Shown here in pieces: positions 40,594 through 50,523 of a stretch of 64,000 nucleotides of DNA. The notes beneath the pieces are model-generated. The model did no database searches. It saw only the letters and a program-made list of their open reading frames with translations, and was not told where the DNA came from. Origin of the DNA: an uncultured delta proteobacterium (GTDB lineage: Bacteria; Desulfobacterota; RBG-13-43-22); contig CAVUPH010000018.1 of the NCBI GenBank assembly GCA_963743305.1, forward strand, positions 1 through 64,000, given 5' to 3'. Position 1 is the stretch's first letter. Each line of letters opens with the position of its first letter. A program made the translations under genes and the position numbers.

Positions 40594-41541
40594 ATGACCG
40601 CAGAGATCAAAGGGAACGTCCTGGTTTTAGACGGCGATCCCCAGGTGCTGGAAGAAATGACCCGTCTGCTGGAAGCCGGTCAATACCGGGTATCCTCTTG
40701 CCGGACCGGAAAAGAGGCGCTCGCCCTATTCAAGGAAAAAGATTTTGACCTATTGATTTTCGAGTGGCGTTTGGACGGTCGGGACGGCTTTCAGGTCATG
40801 GAATCGGTCGGCAAGCTGGATCCGACCCTGGCCATGGTGGTCGTGACCGCCTTTCCTGATGTGGATTCGGCTGTCAAGGCCATGCGTTTGGGCGCCAAGG
40901 ATTATCTCAAAAAGCCCCTGGTTCCGGAACAGCTCCTGGCCGTGGTCGGGAGGATGATTGCTGACCGAAAAGCCCTTAGGGCTCAAAGGGAATGTAAGGC
41001 GATCTTGGAAGAACTCAAGCGGAAGATCTCCTCGTCCTTGAATCTCCAGGAGGTGTTGGACCTGATTGCCGCCGGGGTAACCAAAGGGATGGGGGCCAAA
41101 GGTTGCACCATCAGCCTCCTGGACAAAAAGCGGGATCAACTGAAGGTAGTGGCCTATCAGGGACTGACCCAGAAGTATATCGAAAAAGGCCCGATTGATC
41201 CCGCCCGCAGCCTGGGCGGGATGGTCCAAAGCGGCCAAGACCTTTTGGTCGAGGACGTCGCTCGGGATAGCCGGGTCCAATACCCCGAAGAGGCCAAGGA
41301 AGAAGGTATTCGATCCATCCTGAGCGTGCCTTTGCTGCTCAAACAGCAACTTATCGGGGCATTGCGAATTTATACGGCCACGGCCCATAATTTTTCCCCG
41401 GAAGAATTCAAATTCCTTCACGGACTGGCGGATCAGGCCGCGCTGGCCATTGAAAATGCCCGTTCCTACGAAGACATGAAAAAGAAATACGAGGCCTTGC
41501 GCGGGGATCTGGTCGATTATTTTGAAGACGGCTGGACTTAG
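40594..41541 (+). CDS. REC-GAF paralog with Glu at the phospho-acceptor position
   Basis: DLLIFEWRLDG in place of ..TDL.MP; KKPL; GAF domain (QYPEEAKEEGI). Confidence 0.8.
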   Translation: MTAEIKGNVLVLDGDPQVLEEMTRLLEAGQYRVSSCRTGKEALALFKEKDFDLLIFEWRLDGRDGFQVMESVGKLDPTLAMVVVTAFPDVDSAVKAMRLGAKDYLKKPLVPEQLLAVVGRMIADRKALRAQRECKAILEELKRKISSSLNLQEVLDLIAAGVTKGMGAKGCTISLLDKKRDQLKVVAYQGLTQKYIEKGPIDPARSLGGMVQSGQDLLVEDVARDSRVQYPEEAKEEGIRSILSVPLLLKQQLIGALRIYTATAHNFSPEEFKFLHGLADQAALAIENARSYEDMKKKYEALRGDLVDYFEDGWT

Positions 41542-41635
41542 AGGGCCTGCCGTATCCCGTAGCCCTCTCTCTTTATTCCTTAATTTTTTCGCCGCAGTAG
41601 GGTCCTCCCATACCATCCAGGTGGCTTAAACCGCA

Positions 41636-42766
41636 ATGAAGAAACTGAAAAAAAACAAGTCGAAAATTCCGGTTCCGGCCAAGGGTAAAATCGCCGACCT
41701 CAACAGCTTACCCAAATTTTGGGCCAACCTCATTGAAAATTCTCCGGATGCCATCGTGGCCATTCGCAAGGGGGGGGAGATCATCATCTTCAACCGGGCG
41801 GCGGAAAAGCTTTTGGGCTATCGGGAGGCCGAGGTCATCGAGCGAATGAACATTACGGATATTTACCCTTTCGGCCAGGCCAAGGTGATCATGAAGGACC
41901 TGAGGTCCGCGGAATACGGCGGACCCGGTTTGCTGGAGAAGAGGGAATTCCTCCTACTGGATAAAAACGGTTGGGAGATCCCGGTCTATATTTCGGCTTC
42001 GATACTCTACGATGCGGAAAAGGAAATCGGTTCGGTGGGGGTATTCACCGATCTGCGGGAGAAGCGGGAATTGGAAAAGCAACTCCTGCGGACCGAAAAA
42101 CTGTCTTCCCTGGGCAAGATGGCGGCCGGGATTGCCCATGAAATCAACCAGCCGCTGACCGGTGTTTTAACCTTCGCCCATCTGCTGCTCAAGAAATTCA
42201 AGGACGATGAAGCGACCCGAATGGATCTGGAATTAATCGTTCGGGAAACCACCCGCATCAAAAAGATCGTTCAGGGGGTCCTGGATTTTGGCCGGGAAAC
42301 TCCGATGAAAAAAGAGTTACAGACCATCGAGGATATCCTGGACACCACCCTGGAGATCATCATCCACCAGGAACGTTTTTTCGGCATCAACCTGATCAAG
42401 AAATACGGCGCCGACATACCGCCGGTCATGGCAGACAGCAGCCGAATGGAACAGGTCTTTTTGAATATTATCTTCAATGCCCTGGAAGCCATGGGTGGTT
42501 CCGGCACGCTGACCGTTCAAACTCGAAAGACTTCCGATGGGGTCGAAGTCGACCTGAGCGATACCGGGCCCGGGATCCCCGCGGAGATCCTGGATAAAAT
42601 CTTCGATCCTTTTTATACCACCAAGGATTCCACCGAAGGACTGGGCATGGGCCTGGGTTTGGCCGTTTGTTACGGGATTGTCAAAAAACACAACGGGGAT
42701 ATCCAGGTAACCAGTTCTCCCGAATCAGGTACCACTTTTACCGTCAGGCTGCCACTTCTTGGGTGA
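41636..42766 (+). CDS. PAS-domain histidine kinase
   Basis: FNRAAEKLLGY PAS, AHEINQPL, DTGPGI and GMGLGL. Confidence 0.9.
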   Translation: MKKLKKNKSKIPVPAKGKIADLNSLPKFWANLIENSPDAIVAIRKGGEIIIFNRAAEKLLGYREAEVIERMNITDIYPFGQAKVIMKDLRSAEYGGPGLLEKREFLLLDKNGWEIPVYISASILYDAEKEIGSVGVFTDLREKRELEKQLLRTEKLSSLGKMAAGIAHEINQPLTGVLTFAHLLLKKFKDDEATRMDLELIVRETTRIKKIVQGVLDFGRETPMKKELQTIEDILDTTLEIIIHQERFFGINLIKKYGADIPPVMADSSRMEQVFLNIIFNALEAMGGSGTLTVQTRKTSDGVEVDLSDTGPGIPAEILDKIFDPFYTTKDSTEGLGMGLGLAVCYGIVKKHNGDIQVTSSPESGTTFTVRLPLLG

Positions 42767-42852
42767 TATTTGACGAGACGCGCGAGAAATCCGTCTGACA
42801 GACGTTTTGCGAGGTTATCGGAATTGGAGAGTTCGCTTTCTGGGGTGGGCGC

Positions 42853-43974
42853 TTAAATCAAACCTTTCACTTTAAGTTCTTTAAAGATGAACTGCCCTTC
42901 ATTCAGACCCCGATAAATGGCGGCCGAGGTAATGGTGGCCGAGGTAACGGCATCGACCTTGCGCGAAAAGTGAAAGGGGTTGTAAATATATCGGCCGACA
43001 ATTCTTAGGCGCATCTTGGCGATATCGGCGTCATCCCAATTTTCATTACCGTATTTGGTCAGTTGAACAGGAATGAATTGAAGGATTTTTCCGTTGGCTT
43101 CGAAAGTGTATATAAAATGAGTATCATGACAGACGTCACAGGTGGGCAACTGGCTGACCACCTGGGCGAAGAGGCGCCGGCTTTCCCCGTCTTTTTCAAC
43201 GACCCCCGTATAAATGACGCGGCCCTTTTTGAGGGTAACTCTATCAAAGCCGGATAGCCGGCCCCCTCCCTCGGTAAAGGCCTCCTTCACCTTGGTTTGA
43301 ATCTCTTCCTCGCTGATGGGAGGCTTGAGGGTTACGACCTGGGCTTTGGTCCTTTCTCCTTTTTTCCGGATAGCGGCCAGCGTCATACCGGACACGGCCT
43401 TTAACTTTTCTAGCAACCCCTGAATGTCCTCGTTGACACCCAAGTGGGCATCCGCCACCAGGGCAGGTTTAGCCGTAGGATCTCTGCGGACGATAATTGA
43501 AAAGGGGGTCGGACTCCCGCCCACCGCCTCATGGAGGATATATTGGGTGTCGGGAATAATCGGGTAGGGTATCTGGAAATGATCGCGAAAAATTTTAATC
43601 TCCTCGTCGTCGTTCCCTACGGCGATCCCGATCATTTTGATTTGTTTCCTGGTGGCCGCCTTCGATTGTATTAACTCAAAGAGTCGGTTGTAGGAGGGGG
43701 CCTGTTTTTGGCAAGCGGCGCAATAGACGTTTAATATCTCCACCAAAATAACTTTCGCTTGAATATCTTTGATCGTAAAACGATCACCCTTGGGAATTCC
43801 CAAGTAGGCCCTGTCTTTGGCCTTTAGCGGTATTTTCAGGGCGGTAGCCGGAAAGTCGTCTCCGCCCTTGATGAATGTTTTTTCCTGGGCTCGGAGTTCG
43901 GCCGGCCCCCCGAAAAAAAATAAAAACATTCCAATGGCCACCAAGATCGGGATAAAAGCGAATTTTCTGGACAT
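42853..43974 (-). CDS. exported TlpA/redoxin domain fused to a C-terminal domain with CxxCH and an FMN-binding-type motif
   Basis: Signal peptide; YCAACQ; CDVCH; VDAVTSATITS. Confidence 0.75.
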   Translation of the reverse strand: MSRKFAFIPILVAIGMFLFFFGGPAELRAQEKTFIKGGDDFPATALKIPLKAKDRAYLGIPKGDRFTIKDIQAKVILVEILNVYCAACQKQAPSYNRLFELIQSKAATRKQIKMIGIAVGNDDEEIKIFRDHFQIPYPIIPDTQYILHEAVGGSPTPFSIIVRRDPTAKPALVADAHLGVNEDIQGLLEKLKAVSGMTLAAIRKKGERTKAQVVTLKPPISEEEIQTKVKEAFTEGGGRLSGFDRVTLKKGRVIYTGVVEKDGESRRLFAQVVSQLPTCDVCHDTHFIYTFEANGKILQFIPVQLTKYGNENWDDADIAKMRLRIVGRYIYNPFHFSRKVDAVTSATITSAAIYRGLNEGQFIFKELKVKGLI

Positions 43975-44181
43975 GGCGGGTCTTCCTTCCCTGTTCATCG
44001 GAGATAATCCTGCCGAATACTATTCACAGTCTCTATAATAGAGATTAGCGCAACTTCTTTTCTTGCCTCTTAACGGCTGGACCCCGGCGTTCGCCGGGGT
44101 GACGACTTTTGAGCCGAAAGGGATGACGCCGGGTCGATTAGGCATCTACTTTTTCGGCTGAGGGGACGGCGTCTGCGGCAC

Positions 44182-44769
44182 CTACCGCAGCAGGGACTTC
44201 ATTTCTTTGAACAATCCCGGCATGTCCTTATTGAAACCCAAATGCGTGCCGGTCACTTGAAAGGATTTTCCCCCCGCATCCCGGCGCACAATAATGGAAA
44301 AAGGGGCCGGTGGTCCTCCCACCGCCTTATGGAGGATGTAATCCGGATCAGAAACAATCGCGTAGGGCACCTGGAAGTGGTCTCGGAACTTTTTAATCTC
44401 GGGCTCCTCGTCCCCGACGGCGATGCCGATCATTTTGATTTTGTCCCGGGTGGCCGGATCCGATTGAATCATACCGAATAGTTGCTTGAAGAGAGGCGCC
44501 TGCTTTTGACAAGGGATACAATACACATCAAATATTTCCACTAAAAGGACCTCGGCCTTCAAGTCTTTGAGCGTAAAATGGTCGCCTCCCGAAATTCCCA
44601 GATAGGCCCGATCTTGGGCCTGGACCGGGGTTTTCAGAGCGACTGTCGGAAAGGCCTCTCCCTTTTTGATCACCTTTTTCTCCTGGGCCCGGAGATCATT
44701 CAGCCATCCGGATAACAATAAAATCACCCCCAACCCCAGGACCGCGAAACGCATGGATTTTTTAAACAT
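44182..44769 (-). CDS. exported TlpA/redoxin-family protein
   Basis: Signal peptide; YCIPCQKQAP; paralog of the N-half of the 42853 gene. Confidence 0.82.
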   Translation of the reverse strand: MFKKSMRFAVLGLGVILLLSGWLNDLRAQEKKVIKKGEAFPTVALKTPVQAQDRAYLGISGGDHFTLKDLKAEVLLVEIFDVYCIPCQKQAPLFKQLFGMIQSDPATRDKIKMIGIAVGDEEPEIKKFRDHFQVPYAIVSDPDYILHKAVGGPPAPFSIIVRRDAGGKSFQVTGTHLGFNKDMPGLFKEMKSLLR

Positions 44770-45814
44770 GGGCAGTTTTTCCTCCTCTTGTCAGCTTATT
44801 TCCTGGCCACCGTCGGGAGACCAGCTTCCCTCCTTCCCGGGTCAGGAGCATGGCCGCCAGCCGCTCCTTCCGGTTTATCAAGGACAGCCCCTCTTCCGGG
44901 CCTAAAAGCAGGAGGGCGGTGGCCAGGGCATCGGCCGTTTCAGCCGAAGAGGCGGTAACCGTGCCGCTGACCGCCCGGGGGGGAGACGAACCACTTACCG
45001 GGGACAGGATATGATGATGGATTTTTTCCTGGTCAAAATAGACCATATAATTTCCCGAGGTAGCTACGGCCCCTTCCCGCAGTAAAATCATTTCCGGAGA
45101 CCTCGTTCCGCCGTTCGGTTCATAGACTGCTATTCGCCAGGGTTTATCGTCTCCCCGGCCCCCGAAGACCCGAAGGTCTCCCCCCGCATCCACCAGACCA
45201 TGTCGAATCCCCTCTTTCCGGAGATAGGCGCTGGTATCGTCGACGATGGTCCCCTTGGCAATGCCGTCAAGGGTGACTCCCATGCCTTCCTTGGAAAAAG
45301 TGATTTCTTCGGGGCGAACCTTCAGTGCGGCGGCGCCTACCCGGCTTAAGGCGTCCCGGACGGACGACTCCGCGGGAAGACGGCCTAATTCCTTTTCAGA
45401 CTCATAAAGGTCCAGTACAGGTTTTATGGTCACGTCAAAAAGACCCCCCGTCTGGGCATGGATGGCCAGACATTGCCTGAGCAGCCGATGAAGTTCAGGA
45501 GGAGGACTCGAAAGGGCCCCCCGTTCATTCAAATAGCTGAGAGCCGAACCCGGATCATGGCGATTAAATATTCGAATCATTGTTTCCATCCGCTGAAAGG
45601 CCGTTCCCAGGACGGACTGGGCTCGATCACGGGAGGGATCGAAAAGGGTAATGGTGACAAAGGTCCCCATCAGGTTCCGGGTCTCGGAGATTTGAGCCAG
45701 GGAGGAGGAAAAGGGACTCGTGGTCATGGGCGACGCCCAGCCTTTGACCGTCCAGCCGGCGCCCAGGAGGCTCAGGCCTTGGAGAAAGGCCCGTCGGGTC
45801 CATAACGTTTTCAT
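44762..45814 (-). CDS. apbE: FAD:protein FMN transferase with a Tat signal
   Basis: TRRAFL, MGT, FDVT, GIAKG, DAGGD, ATSGNY, HHIL and ADALATA. Confidence 0.92.
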   Translation of the reverse strand: MKTLWTRRAFLQGLSLLGAGWTVKGWASPMTTSPFSSSLAQISETRNLMGTFVTITLFDPSRDRAQSVLGTAFQRMETMIRIFNRHDPGSALSYLNERGALSSPPPELHRLLRQCLAIHAQTGGLFDVTIKPVLDLYESEKELGRLPAESSVRDALSRVGAAALKVRPEEITFSKEGMGVTLDGIAKGTIVDDTSAYLRKEGIRHGLVDAGGDLRVFGGRGDDKPWRIAVYEPNGGTRSPEMILLREGAVATSGNYMVYFDQEKIHHHILSPVSGSSPPRAVSGTVTASSAETADALATALLLLGPEEGLSLINRKERLAAMLLTREGGKLVSRRWPGNKLTRGGKTAHV

Positions 45815-45899
45815 AAGTTGTCTATCCTGTGAGGCGGAAATGAGGTTGGGCAGAAAGAGTTGCCGTCGGTCGAGGAGTTCATAGTCATAGAAGACGCCA

Positions 45900-45933
45900 T
45901 AAAAAAAGGCGGCGGGGTGAACCGCCGCCTTTT
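45900..45933. terminator. bidirectional Rho-independent terminator
   Basis: A-tract-GGCGGCGG-GGTGAA-CCGCCGCC-T5. Confidence 0.75.
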
Positions 45934-45958
45934 TCGGATTAATCGATTTCAGGTTGTA

Positions 45959-46351
45959 CTACGGCTGCAGGGTCCTCATCATTTCGTCTTCAGCCTTTTT
46001 GCTCCAGACGACCTTGCCCTTAACAGTCATCGTATCGACATTAATGGCACTGTATTTTTTGTTCACGGTCCCATTAACTTCGACGGTTTCCAAGAAGTAC
46101 TTGGCTTTGAGGCCCAGACCGATATTGGACAAATAATAATACTTCCCGTCGGCCGTAACCAACACAAAGTCTTTTTCCAGGTTGATCACCGGATCGGCCT
46201 TGTCTATCGGGCAGATGTAGCCTTTTAAGAGACAGGTTAACCCTTCAATCTTTCCCTTGACCGTTTCCGCGTTGACAATCATGGGAATCAGTAGAAATAA
46301 GACCAACAATACAGCCGGCACCAGCGTTTGCTTTTTGATTCCGTGCATCAT
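45959..46351 (-). CDS. small secreted protein with Cx6C
   Basis: Signal peptide; GKIEGLTCLLKGYICPIDKADP. Confidence 0.7.
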   Translation of the reverse strand: MMHGIKKQTLVPAVLLVLFLLIPMIVNAETVKGKIEGLTCLLKGYICPIDKADPVINLEKDFVLVTADGKYYYLSNIGLGLKAKYFLETVEVNGTVNKKYSAINVDTMTVKGKVVWSKKAEDEMMRTLQP

Positions 46352-46439
46352 ATCACCTCATAATTTATAAGATTTTGTTTTCGGGGGAGGGAAAGGCCGT
46401 TAAGCTTCCCCCTCCCTCTGGTTTTCGTTTGGAGTCAGG

Positions 46440-47585
46440 TTAGAATACAAACTGGAACTGTACGCCGCCCAACCATTCCTTGCCCAGGTCGGGGTTGCCG
46501 GCGACGTTCGGGTTCTTCCCGTAATCATAATAGGTGAATTCCGGAACGACGTAGAAGCTCTCAGCGACCTTCCAGTTGACGCTCGCACCGTACATCATGC
46601 GGATGTTGTACTTGTCGCCCACATACACGTCGGTGTTTTCAGCCTTGTCGTAGCCGACGTATAAGTGAGGAATAACCGGGCCGGCGTTGAAGGCCAGGTC
46701 GACAAAACCATTCAACCCGGTGGTATCCTTAACCTTACCGTTAACTCTCTGGTATTGCTGGAAGCCACTTTCCAGGGCCAGCGGGCTGGCGATGTTCGCC
46801 CCGTAGCCAATCTGGAAGGTACCCGTAAAGGCGCCGGCTTTAACCACGACCGGCAGCACGGTATACCAGGAGGTCATGTTGTCGTCAAACCCGTTCGGTA
46901 AATTGTTCCATTTGACGTACTGATAATAACCGGCCGGCATCAGGGAGACCACGCCAAAGTTCAACCGCAGTTTGGCGGCGACCAGAGGGATGGTGGCAAA
47001 GGAGCGTTGATTGGTGTCGGTGTAGTATTGGGGCTGGACCAGAGAGATGTCATACCCGACGACCTTGGTAACATCCTGGGAGAAACGAACCTGGGTGTTA
47101 CGTTGATCATAAACAGTACCCCAACCGAAGCCGGCCACGTGGCCGCTGACCCCGAGGCCTAAGTTCTGACCGGCGGTCACGGAAAATACATGGCCATCGG
47201 TCTTGCCTGCTAAGAACGTGCAGTTTCCGAATTTATACCAGCCATACAGTTTGGCGCTTTCCACAAATTCGGCGCCACCGGAGAAATTTGTTTTCGTCGT
47301 CGCTTGATCGCCGGCCATCCGGAGTTCAAAATAGCCGCCCACGTTGCCGACTTCCATCGAACCGCGGACTCGGGAATGAGGGGGAACATTCAGGAAAAAC
47401 TCCGTCTGATCGGATTTTCCGTCGTATAATTCTTTGCTCCGGTTCCAGGCCCCGATATCGGTCAACATCAGAGCTCCAAAATAAAAATTGGTGTCCTTGG
47501 CGCCCTCGATCTTGAAAGCGAAAGCCGGAACGGCAAACATTACGGCCAGGCCCAAGACCAATGCGAAAATTAAAGTTTTTTTCAT
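46440..47585 (-). CDS. outer-membrane beta-barrel porin
   Basis: Signal peptide AVPAFA, amphipathic aromatic-rich strands and C-terminal Phe (GVQFQFVF). Confidence 0.8.
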   Translation of the reverse strand: MKKTLIFALVLGLAVMFAVPAFAFKIEGAKDTNFYFGALMLTDIGAWNRSKELYDGKSDQTEFFLNVPPHSRVRGSMEVGNVGGYFELRMAGDQATTKTNFSGGAEFVESAKLYGWYKFGNCTFLAGKTDGHVFSVTAGQNLGLGVSGHVAGFGWGTVYDQRNTQVRFSQDVTKVVGYDISLVQPQYYTDTNQRSFATIPLVAAKLRLNFGVVSLMPAGYYQYVKWNNLPNGFDDNMTSWYTVLPVVVKAGAFTGTFQIGYGANIASPLALESGFQQYQRVNGKVKDTTGLNGFVDLAFNAGPVIPHLYVGYDKAENTDVYVGDKYNIRMMYGASVNWKVAESFYVVPEFTYYDYGKNPNVAGNPDLGKEWLGGVQFQFVF

Positions 47586-48006
47586 TGTCTCTTTTCTCCT
47601 TGTTAAGGTTGATCTCTTTTCTTTAAGTAAACAAACTCCTTGTTATTACTTATCTTTTTAGTACCAGCCGATGACCACCTCCCCTCCTGAACAGGATTCA
47701 CTCATTTTCGACCAGCAATTTATACGGTTAAGCCGTTGAAGTCAAGCATTATTTTGAATCCCGGGGCATTTTTTTTATCGGTTATTGGGGGGGGGGTAGG
47801 ACGGAACCAACCCCGTCCCGAGTTAACTTGGATAACGGTTTCTATTTATCGTAATTACAGGCAATTTCTCTTCATTCCCCAATTTCTTTACCGGGGATCC
47901 AGCGTTCCTTTAGAAAGGCCTGGATTTTCGCTCGGAAGCACCGCCTAAATGACGCTCTATTCTCTGATATTGTTACTATTTTTAGAGCAGTTAGGACTTC
48001 TTTAGA

Positions 48007-49275
48007 TTAAACCAGACTTTTGACTAATTGGCCTATTTTTTCAAAATCGTCGGTCCCGACCGAGAAGGATAGGCCCGCATTCAGGATTTGTCCGTCTCTG
48101 ACCATCTGTACTTTGATCACCGGGAGAAAATTTCCATCCCACTCCTCCAGTCCGAAGGACACTTGATAGGAAATATCGGCCGGAAAGGGTGGGCCGGCCG
48201 GAAGTGATTCTGTTTGCTGAGCAAAAAAGGTCTCTTTTCCCTGAGGCTCCAGGGGCCGGCAAAACAGACCGCTCCCCTGTTTTAACTGTTCCACGCAGTG
48301 ATTGCAGGAAAGGCAGGCGGCTTTTTGTCGGTCGCCCCTTTGCCAGCGATTGATCAAATCCGGCTCCCGGATAAAGGGCCGGCAGAGGGCGATGAAATCG
48401 GCGGTCCCTTCTTCCAGAAGGCGCCGGGCCGTGGGAAAAGACCGGATCCCGCCCACCAAAATGACCGGGATTTGGAGCTGCTGCTTGAAGGCCCGGGCTT
48501 CGTTTCGGAAAAAGGCCGGGTCTTCCTCGCCGCTGTTTTTATCCCGGAGCAGGTTGGGCAAGTTCAACAGGCCGCCGCTGATCTCCAGGGCATCGACGCC
48601 GGCCGCCTCCAGCCGCCGGCCTACCTGGATGGATTCCTCCAACCGGAGTCCATCCTCGATCAGGTCCCGGCTGTTGATTTTCACCAAGAGGGGGTACTCG
48701 GGGTGAAGCTGTCCCCGGACGGCCTCTGCTACTTCCACCAGGGCCCGGGCCCGGTTTTCTATCGAACCGCCGTACTCATCGCTGCGGGGATTGTAACGGG
48801 GGCAGAGGAGCTGGCTCAGGAAGAAGCCGTGAGCGGCCAGGATCTGAATCCCGTCGAACCCGGCTTGCTCTGCTCGGCAGGCGGCCCGGGCAAAGGCCGT
48901 GCCGACCGCCCGGATATCCTCCGGGGTCATTTGGCTCACCCGGGACCTGGAGAGATAGGCTCCCCCATAATTAAGCTGCAGGACGATCCGGCCGCCCCGG
49001 TCATGGACAGCCCGGGTCAATTGTTGGAGTCCGGGGAGCAGGTCGTCCGAATAACTGCCGAGCTGCCGGGGCGAATGTTTCCCCGAGGGGTGGACATAAC
49101 TATGACCGGTGATGATCAGACCCACCCCACCGTCGGCCAGGGCACGGTACAGATCGATCAGGGGCGCGGTAACCGACCCGTCCTCGGCCGCCATTCCCTC
49201 CCAGGTGGCCGAGCGCACAAAACGGTTTTTTAAGGTCAGGCCGTTTATCCGACCGGGCTCAAACAAGGGTTCCAT
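48007..49275 (-). CDS. NADH:flavin oxidoreductase with a C-terminal extension
   Basis: LKNRFVRSATWE, AGFDGIQ, RSDEYGGSIENR and CLSCNHC. Confidence 0.88.
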   Translation of the reverse strand: MEPLFEPGRINGLTLKNRFVRSATWEGMAAEDGSVTAPLIDLYRALADGGVGLIITGHSYVHPSGKHSPRQLGSYSDDLLPGLQQLTRAVHDRGGRIVLQLNYGGAYLSRSRVSQMTPEDIRAVGTAFARAACRAEQAGFDGIQILAAHGFFLSQLLCPRYNPRSDEYGGSIENRARALVEVAEAVRGQLHPEYPLLVKINSRDLIEDGLRLEESIQVGRRLEAAGVDALEISGGLLNLPNLLRDKNSGEEDPAFFRNEARAFKQQLQIPVILVGGIRSFPTARRLLEEGTADFIALCRPFIREPDLINRWQRGDRQKAACLSCNHCVEQLKQGSGLFCRPLEPQGKETFFAQQTESLPAGPPFPADISYQVSFGLEEWDGNFLPVIKVQMVRDGQILNAGLSFSVGTDDFEKIGQLVKSLV

Positions 49276-50484
49276 TCACCCTGCTCCTCTTCAATGACCC
49301 GAATGGTCTGGCGCGCGATCTCCAGTCCCTCATCGGTCGGGATGACCAGCACTTTAGTCGGGAGACCTTCCAGGTGTATTTCGGAAATACTCCCGAAGAG
49401 GCCCGGTTTTTTGCTTGATCCACGGCAATGCCCAGGTGTTCCAGTCCCTGGCAGACCTTCTCGCGCATCACCGGAACATTCTCTCCAATGCCGCCGGTGA
49501 AGACGAGGGCATCGATCCGACCGAGGATCGCCACGTAAGCGCCGATATATTTCTTGATCCGGTAGCAAAACAGGTCGGCCGCCAGCCGGGCCCGCACATT
49601 TCCCTGGTTTTCCAGTTCGAGGATTTCCCGCATGTCGCTCACCCCGCCGAGACCTTTGAGCCCGCTCTGGGAATAAAGGAGCCTCTCCAGCTCTTCCGGA
49701 GACATCCCGGTCTCCCGCAGCAGATAGAAGTGCAGGGCCGGGTCGAGGTCGCCGCAGCGCGTTCCCATGACCAGGCCTTCCAGCGGGGTGAGCCCCATGG
49801 AGGTATCCACGCTCCGGCCGTTTTTTATAGCCGTGGCGCTGGCCCCGTTGCCCAGATGCAGGGTGATGACGGTGGTTTCCTCCAGGGCCTTCCCCAGATG
49901 TCTGGCCGCTTCTTTGGCCACAAAATAATGGGAAGTGCCGTGGAACCCATAGCGGCGGACATGAAAGCGCTCATAGAAATCGTAGGGGAGCGCGTAGTGA
50001 TAGGCCTGGGGGGGAAGGGTCTGGTGAAACATGGTGTCAAAGACGGCCACCTGGGGGACCTGGGGAAAGGTTTCCCTGAGAAACTCGATGCCCAGAAGGT
50101 TGGCCGGGTTGTGGAGCGGGGCCAGCGGGATGAGCCGGCGAATAGCGGCGATGACCTGCTCGGTGATCAGGGTCGGTTCCCGGAACAGCTCGCCGCCGTG
50201 GACTACCCGGTGCCCGATGCCGAAAAGTTCCGACCCCCCGGTAATGATCTTATCCCGGGCGTTCACCCGACCGATCAGCTCAAATCCCCGGACGTGATCC
50301 GCCACCGGTTCTCCGTTTTCGAGGGCCTGGAAGGGGCCGTCTTTCGGCGTCGGCGCTGAATCAAACGGGCCTCCGGGCTGCCGATCTTTTCCAGCAGTCC
50401 GCTCGGGAGCAGTCGGCAGCCCTTCCTCTCAAAGACCTCGTATTTGATGGAGGAACTGCCGCAGTTGATTACCAGAAGTTTCAT
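49245..50484 (-). CDS. ackA: acetate kinase, split by frameshifts (likely sequence errors)
   Basis: LVINCGSSSIK, GHRVVHGGE, APLHNP, YGFHGTSH, FTGGIGEN and VIPTDE spread over three frames. Confidence 0.88.
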
Positions 50485-50523
50485 GAGTGTTCGACCGATA
50501 AAGGCAACCGACCGGGGCGGGCA

